NCBI GenBank assembly: GCA_964276515.1
Contig: OZ193909.1
Location: forward strand, 6,634,001-6,698,000
Reading direction: 5' to 3'
Length of the DNA stretch: 64,000 nt
DNA from: Gordius albopunctatus
Lineage: Eukaryota
Shown: positions 40,101-52,100 of the stretch, piece after piece
Numbering within the stretch: position 1 is the stretch's first letter
How the letters are laid out: every line of letters begins with the position of its first letter
The notes under the pieces: generated by a model
Told to the model about the DNA's origin: nothing
The model's input: the letters and a program-made list of their open reading frames with translations, nothing else
Database searches by the model: none
Translations under genes and position numbers: made by a program

Positions 40101-43100
40101 GGAGGGAACGAGCGCTAATTTTATCTTTTGCCAAGATGCTTGGCCTAAATTCGAAATATTTTCAAACTCATGATTTTCTTTAAAAATGACATTTTAGTCA
40201 TTAAAATGTGTGTTAAATTATCATACACGTTGAACTGAATATTAATTTTTTATGATTGTCTTTTAAATAAGATTATTCAATAAAATAGACGTACCAGGGC
40301 CTCCTCCAAGACCTAGTGTATCTAAAGAAGGACCTACAAAAGCTAAATTAGATTGGGAAAAGCCCAAGGACGACGGTGGATCTCCAATCACAGGATATCT
40401 CATTGAGGTTTATTCATTGTTTGTGTGCTTTCAAAATCCCTTTACCTTGAAAATGAATGATAATGCAAGTTTTTACAATACACGTGAATTTTTTTGGAAA
40501 AACCACAACCCAAGCATCATGACAGGACTAGGCTTTTTATTCAGAGTCGATATAGCTTAGGAACCCATGCAGGTTATTTAATTACTAATAAGTGCAATCA
40601 AAGCTCACTAGATTTTTATTTTTCTTGGACCGGGGTCTAAATAGCCATAAAAAATTAAACCACTTTAAAATAAAAACTAATGAATATTTTTATAATTTTT
40701 TTATTGGAATACATTTTTATAGTCTATTTCTATTATAGGAAAGAAAATTGAGAAAAAAGAGTGTATAGTTTTTTTTTATAAATTGAGTTCAAAAAAATCA
40801 AAAATCCTAAAAATTTCAAAAATGCCCGGGGTTAGTTATAGCTCTGTTCAGGGGATAGATTAACCCTGACATTTTAACTTCTTAATAGTGTATGCTAACT
40901 CAAATCAATACAAATATTGCTACATTATATAAAACATAGAAAATTTAAATTAAATATGATTGTATTTTATATAATAAAAATAAAAAAAGGGTCAAGATGA
41001 CAATCTGACGTAAGTACACCTAAAAGACATATTCTGCTATGTAAAAAAAATTTTAGTCGTTTTTTTAACCCTCGAGAGCACTCCTGAAAATCCCGAACGC
41101 GAGAGCATTCGTGGGGTATATTTGACTCCATTTTTTAACTTCTTATAACTTTTTAAGTATTTTTTTTTAAACCTTTCAAATTTTAAACATGTGTTTATAA
41201 AGGTCTTAAGATTGATGGTATAAATTTTGATATGAATCTAATCAAGATTACAAAACTTATTAACGATTTTCTTGACCCCCATTTTTATTTTGACTATTTT
41301 AGAGTTTTACCTCTTGACATCATATACCTTAAAATAAATCAAAATAAACGTGATTTTTTATTAAAAGAATGTCCAAAATATATTAAAAACACAAATTGTA
41401 AAAGATATCATCAAACAAAAAAAATTCATACATTTTTTCCAATAGAAAAAAACTTACGTGAGAGCATTCGTGGGGTACACAGGACCCCTGTGGCCAAAAA
41501 GATGCTATATTTTAAAAATTAGTGGGCCAAAAGTTATGAAATTTTCCTAAAACTTAGTTCTTGGGAAAATATTAGGCTACTGAAAAGGCCAGATCAATTC
41601 GCTTTTAAATGCGTTTTATATTTGTGTTTATAACTATCGTGGGGTCCGTGGGACCCCACGAATGCTCTCGAGGGTTAAGTATAATCATAGTCTATTTCTA
41701 TTCCTAATTACACTAAGTTGAATTATAAACAAGATTTTTGTTTTTTAAATTTTTTCATTTGTAAGACCCAATGAAAAATGGCTATAACTAGCCCCTCTCC
41801 GACTAGCCCCGACCCTTATTTTTATGAACAATTAATAATTGAAGATGTTATATTGTGAATAAAAATTTAATCATTAGGCGGTTTTTATATAAAAAATATC
41901 TATAAGATAAAACTTAAATTAGTCCAAAATATACAGCCAAAAAAATTTTATGTGCAAAATACAAAATTTTGTAAAGGCTACTAATAGCCCCGAAAAATTG
42001 TTTTTCATCCATAAAAATTTTTAATTTTATTTTTTCTAAACAAAAAATTTTTTACTTATACCTTATGAAAACATACACATATGGTTTAAACTTTAATAAT
42101 ATATCATTATTATTTTTAAAAATAATTACAAAGATAATAGTAACCCCGAGCCCCGGTCTCCCCTACATTTTTTATTGGCTCTAAAGCAGTAATCCTTAAA
42201 TGAATTCTTCAGCCATTGTTTTCACAAAGAAAATAAAGTTCTGCTACCCCTTTTCGCAAATTTATATGATTTGCACGCAATAAAAAATATACTAGATTAT
42301 TAAATTGTTGCAAATATAAAGAATAATTTTTTCGTGTACGTGGAATGAAATGGATGAGCTCAATGAATAAGGGCAAATGTTTGGTTGTCTGGTTCAAATA
42401 GCCTGCAATTTTTTTTTGCATCAGCAGGGCCTGGGCTTAAACCGATGTTTAAATTTTTATTTTGTCCAAGTCCGACCCGGGAAATTTTGTTTTTTGTCCT
42501 GTCCCAAGCCGAGTTCGGCCGGATATCCTGTTTAAATGCAGCTTCTAGGCAACTTTTACATATAAATTTATTTTACCATAAATGTTTCATAAAATTATTC
42601 GCTAGCATTAATCAAGATGATCAAGAAAAACATTTAATTCGTCTTGCTACAAATAGAACAACTAAAAAATATGTAATTTAAATAAAATTTGTGCTTAGTT
42701 TTACTATCCTATTGTTTTTTGTCATCTATATATATTCTCATGCTTCCTACTAAATATAAATGTTACGTGAATCGATATGAAAATAAGTATTTTATGATTG
42801 CGGCATCGTTGTATCGGTTTTCAAGAGTGGATAATTTTTAACTAATATTTTTCTCTTAATTAGGATATGGTGAGTTTGGAAATTTTATACTAAACTACTT
42901 TCATTTTTTGGTGTTAAATTTTAAACTTAAATATCTTCAATATCTCAAAAAGTATTGTAAGTTATAAATTTAAATAAACAAATCGTAAATCCTATTTCGA
43001 TTCATGACTCTATGCCTAATCTATTTTCTTGAATAAAATAAACTGTATTAACAACAGTTAAATAATTTGATGATTTTATTTTGGTCAAAATGTAAAAATT

Positions 43101-46100
43101 AAGGACAATTTGTTGAGATCATATATTATAGTTAAGTAATCAAACATTATTATTAGTCATGAAATAAAAAATAACAATTAAATTATGCGTAAAAGGTTAA
43201 GTTTTTGGCACCAGTAGACTTAATTTTGGTTTAGAAAATCTATAGTGTTTTAATAGAAAATTACAGAGTTAAAAAATGATAGCTTTGCGGCCTCAGAGTT
43301 TTGCCTTTAACTTATTAAAGTTATTTTTCAATATATGTTAATATTATATTACTACGAAATAAAATTTCTGAGAAAGAATCAATATCGATTATATTGTTTT
43401 AAATTTTCGAGTAAGTTCACAAAGTAATATGACTTGCCATTTTGTTTGACCTATTAATGGCTATAAAATGTAAACTTATTGTTAAAATATAATGGACCTT
43501 TATGCGCAAAAGTTTATATGATTGCAGGCTTAAATTTCAAGTCCCTTTTTGGAAATAGACTGGTTAGACATTTGGGTCATATTGACCCGTAATAATAATC
43601 CGGGTGGAAAAATGTAAGATCAACGAAATGTTAAGAAACAAAAACTTCAGAATATTTGATTTGAATTTGAAAACTTTGTGAATTACTCGACTAAAGGATT
43701 CCCAATTTTTTGATACAGCAAAATGAATGAAGTTGTAATAATACAATGCAAAGTTTATAAACTTAATTATGAATTGTTCAGTCATGACACTATTGAATAA
43801 AATGGCCTTTTTTAATAGAGTTATAATGCAGTTATTGCGATGTTAATTGGAAACACACACAGTATCCAAACTAACTTTGGGATCTTTCTGTGATTAGGGT
43901 TACACACCGGATGAAGCTGGTATAGATGAGAGGGATTTTGACGAAGCTGGTTGGATAAATTTGAAAGACGTCCCGCATCCTACCAAGCTTACGACTATGC
44001 TAGAAAATTTAGAGCCGGACGTCCCTTATCATTTTCGGGTGAGAGCTATAAGCAAAGCTGGAATAGGGGAACCAAGTCCAGCAACCAGACCGTCCTTGAC
44101 ATTAGGCGAAGAAAAAAAAGGTATAATTTTAATAAATATTATAACGCGATTCGTCGAATTCTATATTACCGATGAATTGAATATGTTTGCAAATAACTAA
44201 GCTTTTATACTATTTGACAAATATATTTATCAAATTTATGAAATAAAGTATCATTTTAAATACATTTTTGCACGATTAGCTAAAAAGGATGAATTTCCTG
44301 AAAAGGTAGCTATAGAAGAGGAACCGTTAGAAGAAGAAGTAGTATCTAAAATACCAAGTATGTACATTTAAAATATTGATTGAGCGCATTATTCATTTGT
44401 AAGTATAGTATTTATTATTAAACCATTGTTTAACAATTTAAAAGAAACAAAAAAAGGTGAAGAGTTCGAAAAGGTTGCGATCAAAAAGGTTGAAGAACCT
44501 GAAAAAGTTGTGACTAAAAAACCTGAGCCAGAGCCTGCAGTTAAAGTTCCAAGTAATTATTATAATAGTGTTGTAATAATCATATTTTTATGTATTATTT
44601 TAAATATTGTATATTTATTTATAAATGTTATATCGCCAAATTATAAAAGCTAAAAAAGCGTTTGCTAACTGGTATCCTTTGATTAATGTAGAACTGCTAT
44701 CCTAAAAAACTCCTTACCATTGTATAACTCCTTTTAAAATTATATATATTTTTTTGATGTATTAATTCTCTATTAAATGGTATACAAAAAATTAAATTTA
44801 CGACTAAAAAAATATAAAAACGCGCTATAACTAAACGGATGGCATTGATCCGTGTATGGAAATCGTGTTAGATTGAACGATTTCCATTGTGATCTTTTGC
44901 CTGATAAAAAAGTACTCTTTCAAATCTAAAGAGACGTTGGAGATCTCTTTTCCAATTTGTTTCAGGAGAGCAAGAGCTTCGGCGCCTAAATTTCCAATTG
45001 TGGTTGCCACAACGGGAATGAATATTGTGCCCGCGAGGGAGGAATATTTGGTTGTCTTCCTATTCTCTGCACTGACTATAAGGTCGGGAGAGGAGTTGGA
45101 AGGGGCGAATATGTCGACCTTGGTGAAGTCCCAAGTGAGATTCAGTCCAGGGGACCATGGGATGAGTGTGACCCCGTCTGGTATTTTCCAATCGGTGGTG
45201 CTAAGGCCGACGGTTTCTAAGGTGTTTGGGTAGCCAGCCTTACTAAGGTACTGGCCGATAATTTTGTTAATCGCCGTGGCCTGGGGGTGCGGCCTTTGCT
45301 GTATTTGCAATGGAGGGGATGATGACCATTCGGTTGGACCTGTTGTTTGCAGAGATCGCATACGAAAGGGGATAATATGTCACATCCGAGACGGAGGCCT
45401 ATGGCTATGCCTAACTCCTCCCCAGACATATGGAGTCCCAAATTCCTGCTCGGGATTGCTTCGAGCCATTCGTAACTGCTCTTGGAAGAGGCCTAATTGA
45501 AAAGGAGCTTTCCCTGAGATAGTTCGTTCGAAGAAAGAAAAGATACGGAACGTGCTATTAGGGGAAGATTCCATTCCTTTTGGGTCACTCCAATTGGTCG
45601 TTCGGCTGACTCGAGCTTCTCCGCTTCCCACCTGTGGAAAGCCTTTTGGAGATGCGGGTCTGGGAGAGATGTCATGGCAGAAATAAGGGAGTCGGTACTC
45701 ATGCGTGAAGATATAAAACCTGCTAATGCTATCTGTTGTGGAGATCGAATACCAATTCCCCCACTCTTAGAAGGGAGGGATGCTTGGAGCCCTTGGACTG
45801 GAGTAAACTTTATATTTAGCAGGTTTCAAAAAGAGTTTGAATGTTTCGTCCAATTAAATTTAAATGCTCTGGGCAGCCAAAGATAGGTGAAGAACGCATG
45901 GCGTGATTTATTTTCGGGATTAGCAGAAAATTTAGCCAAAAAATGCATAGTGTGGGGTTAGTTTCTCCAGGGTAGGTTTGACAGCCTCTATGAAAGTTAA
46001 AAATTTGGCCAGAAAGCGTTGGGAAGATATGGGCCCACTCAGCGGTGCACTTAGGTGGCTGAACTGGTGGAGAGTGAGGGCAGGAAAGGGGAGTGTTGAG

Positions 46101-49100
46101 GGATCTATTGAAGAATCCAATTATATTTTAAATAAATTTAAGGTGAGAAGGCCAATATTTCTGAAGAAGTTGCGGAAAAATGGCCGAAGCAAAAGAGGTT
46201 TCTGCTAAAATTTCGAGTAATTCATTAATGCCTTCAAAAGTTTTGTCAAGTGCTTTTTAAATGTTATTAAGATTAGTTAGTTGTAAGCAGCCAAGATTTG
46301 ATTTTTAACATATAATACATTTTATTTATGTTTAAAAATTATTAACACATAGGTAAGAAGGCAGAACTGGAAGAAAAATTAGTGCCAAGCGAGGAAGAAA
46401 TGGCTACCAAGGTTCCAATAAGTATAAATATAATTTATCTGAGAGAATCCTCATGAAAATTTAGGTAAAAAGGAGGACATGGAAGTAGAAGAAATCAAAA
46501 AGGAAGTTCCCGAAGAAGATAAACGAGAGAAAGTCAAAAAAGAAGGTAAATAAATAGGCTAACCAAGTCCCCCAACCAAAGCCTCCTTGACATTAGGCGA
46601 AAAAAATATATTTCCACTTAATATTATAACGGGAATCATTGAATACTATATTCCCTAAAATTTTAATATGTTTGCAAATGACTAAGCTTTTATACTATTT
46701 GCTAAATATATTAATTAAATTGATAAAAATAAAGTTAAAGTCAATTAGGGCATGAAAAAAATATTTTTTATTTTTTTAAATACATTTCTTTGCACCATTA
46801 GCTAAAAAAGATGAAGTTCCTGAAATGATCGCTACTGAAGAGGAACCGTTAGAAGAAGAAGTAGTATCTAAAATACCAAGTATGTACATTTAAAATATTG
46901 ATTGAGCGCATTATTCATTTGTAAGTATAGTATTTATTATTAAACCATTGTTTAACAATTTAAAAGAAACAAAAAAAGGTGAAGAGCTCGAAAAGGTTGC
47001 GGCCAAGAAGGCTGAAGAACCTGAAGAAGTTGTGACTAAAAAACCTGAGCCAGAACCTGCAGTTAAAGTTCCAAGTAATTATTATAATAGTGTTGTAATA
47101 ATCATATTTTTATGTATTATTTTAAATATTGTATATTTATTTATAAATGTTATATAGTAATGTAACTTATCAAGGCTAAAAAACGTTTGCTAACTGGTAT
47201 CGATTAATTAATGTATAACTGCTATCTAAAAAACTCCTTACCCTAAAATTATATATTAAATTAATTAAAGGTAAGAAGGCCGATATTTCGGAGGAAGTTA
47301 CGGAAAAAATGGCCGAACCAAAAGAAGTTTCTGCTAAAGTTCCGAGTAATTCATTATATATACCTTCAACAGTTTTATTAAATGCCTTTTTAAATGTTAT
47401 TTTGATTATTTAGTTGTAAGCAGATATGATATGATTTTTAACATATCTTACAATTTTATTTATGCCTAAAACTATTAATACATAGGTAAGAAGGCAGAAC
47501 TGGAAGAAAAATTAGTGCCAAGCGAGGAAGAGTTGGCTACTAAGGTTCCAATAAGTATAATAATTTAATATGTATAAGAGAATCCTCATGAAATTTTAGG
47601 TAAAAAGGAGGACATGGAATTAGAACAAGTCAAAAAGAAAGTTCCTGAAGAAGAGAAACTAGAAAAAGCCAAAAAAGGAGGTAAACAAATTTACGATTGC
47701 ATGACTTTAATTTTAAAAGATTAGATTACGGGCGAAAAGCAATATAATTTTTTTATTCTTGCTAAGAAGTCAAACAAAGGCTCTAAAATGGCGATTAAAA
47801 AATTCTTAATTTAATGAGATTTTGGTTTCCTGTGCATCCTTAAAATAATCTGTTAAACAAATGACCTCTTTCGATCTCAAATTCATTTTAGTTTGTAAAA
47901 AAAATTGCACATTAAAATAAATATAGATAGGGTAAGTAATATAGTGTAACAACTTTTACAAATAAATATAGTTGTTTAATTAAAAAGTTGCAATTTTATT
48001 AATGGTCAAAGATTTAACTGTCTGACGCGCGAAAGCGAAGTGAATTTTTGAGCTAATTTATCAAATTCTTCACTATTTTTCTTAATATCTTTATATTCAT
48101 CGTGAAATTTATCATATATCAATGGTATTGCACGAAAATCATTGATAAGATCGTAATTATTCTATAAACATATAAAATTATATAAAATATTATCAATGGC
48201 ATTAAATTTTTACTTTCGTGATGTATATGATATAATTCGCGATAAATATATAGATATTAAGAAACATAATAAAAAGTGTGATAAATTAGCACAAAAATTC
48301 ACTTCGCTTTTTTTCGCTTCGCGCGTCATCACGAACGCCTACTTGCAAGCATTAAAGTATTTTGCCCTCCTTCAAAATGTTTATAATATAAAAATAAAAC
48401 AATTCTAAGTGTCTGAATGGCGTTTTATACAGAAAAGCCGTCTCCTCCTACTGAACCTTTTGAAGTGAAGGATTCAACAGCGAACTCAGTTACTTTAACT
48501 TGGAAACCCCCGTTGGACGATGGTGGAAGTCCAATAACGTAAAAATTTACTTAAATTTACCTTTTTTTATAAAAAGTTTATATAGCTGCAATATAAGATA
48601 ATAATGAAAATGAAAACAAAGTTATTTTCAACTATTGTTACATTTTGATGGGAAATTAGTTATATTAGGCAAACTTGATGCTAGTGCTAAGTATCCTAAA
48701 AATTCAATTATAACCTAGGAGGACTTATTTTCAAGTTTTGCAAATTGATGTCTTGTCAAACAGTTTTGCCGTTAAAAGAATTTAATTTTTAAAAATTTCC
48801 TCATTTAAAAGCTGAAATATAATATGGCGTCCATTAAGGTTACAAATTTCATTTTGTATCGGGTTTTAAAATGCAAACTTAGATGTCAATATTCTTTCAA
48901 GCATACAACTCAACCAATATTTTTTTTAGGAAAATCAAATTTTGATTATTTTATCAATTTTTAAGTAATTACATCCTCGAGAAGCGGGAAATCGACAAAA
49001 CTAACTGGGACATGGTGAATAATATGCTGCCTTCAACTATGGGAGTGGCCAAAAATCTGAAGGAGAAACAAAAATATTATTTTAGAGTAAAAGCTGAAAA

Positions 49101-52100
49101 TAAATATGGCATTTCTGAACCGTTGGAAATGACCAAACCTGTAACCGTTATGGCCAAATATGGTATTTTTTAACAAACTTGCATGATGGATTTATTTTTC
49201 TATTATTTTGATTTGGTTCAATTTTATTCAACTTTTAAATACGTTAATAATTTATAAGAATAATTCAATTTTTAAAGAATTTTGGATGGCAAGATAAATT
49301 TGTATATAATATTAACTTGGAAGGATTTACAAGAAGATCAATTCTTCTCTTATGGATTACTTCATTGATTTTGATTTCTTATAATAAACCATTACAAGGA
49401 TGCTTGAGTTTCTACTCATTAATTCATTACCATAAATTTAAAAATGTACATAAAAGTTAGAAAAGACCACAAAAGTGGAAGAATAAAAATGACCCTGAGC
49501 ATCTAATATTCGAAAATGTTTGTTATTCCCTAAGTTAAATGACAAATTTTCCGAAAAATAAGATGTACCGACCTTGCCGGGCAAACCCGAGTTAAAAGAT
49601 AAGGACCAAGATTATATTGAAGTAGCCTGGACACCACCAACAACAGACGGTGGGTCACCTATTAAAAGGTACAGCGTCCAGAGAGAGGATATGAAAGTGA
49701 ATAAATGGGAAGTCGTAGGTGAAACTGGTCCTGAGGTAGCAATCTTATGTCATAATATCCGTTTACCTTTGAAAATGTTGCTATATATAATCACCATTTA
49801 CAGTTGTACAACGTTTTAATCTTTCAATTCTCTGGCGATAATAATCGAAAATGTGACAAACATTGTACTAGATTTATCTAAAAGTTTAATTTCAAAAATT
49901 GTTGAGTTTTATACATCATTCCATTGCATATATTTTGACTTTTATTGTAACGGCTCAAATTCGACGTTAGATTAAGGTTCATATTCTACAACTTATTATT
50001 TTTAAGTTGGTGGCGAGAGTTTTGCCTTAAATCAGTATAAAACAATACAATTTTTAAATAGGATTCAACACTATAATAATTTTTAGGAACTATCCTTCAA
50101 AGATACGGCGGTCATACCTGATAGGGAATACAAATACAGGGTTATCGCTGAAAACGAGTTAGGCCAAAGCGAACCTAGTCCCACAAGCGACAAAATTAGA
50201 GCTAGCTCCAAAGCGGGTAAAAAACAAATCAACTTTTGCTATCTTACAATATAATTTTAATTTATAATTGTTGCAGAAAAACCTCGGTTTTTGGTGGATA
50301 AATTTCCGGGCAAAGTGTTCAAAATTAAGGCCGGGGAAAAGTTTGAAGGCATTTTCCCTTTCGTTGGCTCACCCGTCCCATCCGTCATTTGGACGAAGAA
50401 TGGCGACACGTTTGAAACTTCCCCTGACCATGTAAATCGGGATAAGACAATTTTTGGGAAATATTTGTCCAATTTTACATTAATAAAATTAGATTCGATT
50501 TGAAGATGAAAATTTGTTTAAATATAATTAACCATAATTATGATTCAAAATATCGATTTGCCCGATTGTGGTCGACTTTATCCATTGAAAGTGTTTAATA
50601 GTCTATGATATTTTTATGGTTTTACATGATTCACTTAACTTAAATTGCTATCTTACCTTAATGATTCTTCACCGCTAATTCCTATATTAATATCTTAAAA
50701 TCTTGTCAATTTTGCGAACAAATTGATAAAATGTGATTCTTAACTTTTATTATTGCAACCAATCTTCCATCTTTTTACAGATTATAAAAAACACTGACGA
50801 AGACACCAAGTTAAGTTTTATAAGTCCCACAATGAAGGATTCTGGAGTTTACAAAATCAAACTTGAGAATGAAGTGGGGCAAGACGAAGTCATCATCAAA
50901 TTTTTTGTGCAAGGTAATATAGTAATATTTAATTTAGTTAAAAGATTCCCAACCATCGGATAAAATATAACGTATAATCTTGATGCAATTATTTTTTATT
51001 AATAAGGTAAACCCGGTGCACCTAGAGGCCCGTTGCAAGTGTCAGATATACAAAAAGACTCACTGGCACTAAGTTGGAATCCGCCACTTTATTATGGAGA
51101 CGATTTTAAAGATTACGGTACAGATTTATTTTATATGTGCTGTTATTTTAATAAAAAGATTCTTAGTTAAAAAATTTGTAAAATTTTATTGGCGAGGAGT
51201 ATAAATAATAAAATAAATAATTAATTGACAGCGAATTATTAAACATGAACCCAACGAGGCACAGGTATTTCAGCGATAGGAATGGGGTAGGGGAGACCGC
51301 GTTTTAAAAAAACCTAAAAAATTTTTTTTTAATTTTTTGTTGGAATATCTTTTTAACGTCTATTTTTGTTATATGAAAAAAATTTGGAGGGAAATAAATT
51401 ATAGTTTTCTTACAAACTAAGTTTAAAAAAAAAACAAGGATCCTAGCCGGTAGATTAACCCTAACGTTTTCACTTCTTAGTAGTGTATGCTAACTCAAAT
51501 TAATAAAAAGCTTGTTTCATTATAATAAATATAAAAAAAATTAAATTTAATATGATTGTATTTTATATAATACAAATGAAAAAGGTTCAAGATGACAATC
51601 TGACTTAAGGACACCAAAAAAACAGATTATGCAACGGAAAAAACTTTTAGTAGTATTTAAATGTATAATCATAGATTATTTTTATTCAAAATGACATTAA
51701 GTTAGATTAATTACATTAAAATTCTAATTCTATAATGTCTTGATGTCCTTCACAACTTGAAATTGCCATAGATTATCTAATAAAAAAGTAGAAACTTTCC
51801 AATAAAATAGGAATTTTTAAAAAAGAATGCATAAAAATTCTTTATTTTAATAATAACAAATTAAAGATAATTTCACGATCAGTATTATCCAAAAAATTAG
51901 TCATATTATTTCTTAAAAAATTGTGGAAAAGGTACTGCGTTCCGTGAGAAAACGTTTTTTAAAGGAATTTTTAATCAGGCAAATAAATATGTAAAATCAA
52001 TCTGAGATTCTTATTAAAATAAAAGTTTAAAAATCTTTCCCGCGATATATCTAGTGATCAAATGTCGTGCCATTTAGCTTTAGGATTTGAATAGTTTTTC

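Larger units (their letters stand above)
44062..47690 (+). repeat. Tandem duplication of a 5-exon unit of about 1.1 kb (copy A 44062-46552 including the LINE; copy B 46553-47690)
   Basis: Exon-by-exon and intron-by-intron homology; copy B begins with a dead remnant of the preceding Fn3 exon end (AACCAAGTCC...CCTTGACATTAGGCGAA). Confidence 0.92.

Noticed and set aside
44889..46208. Plus-strand ORFs 44889-45233, 45264-45500, 45674-45886 and 45978-46208
   Set aside because: Antisense shadows of the retrotransposon ORF.
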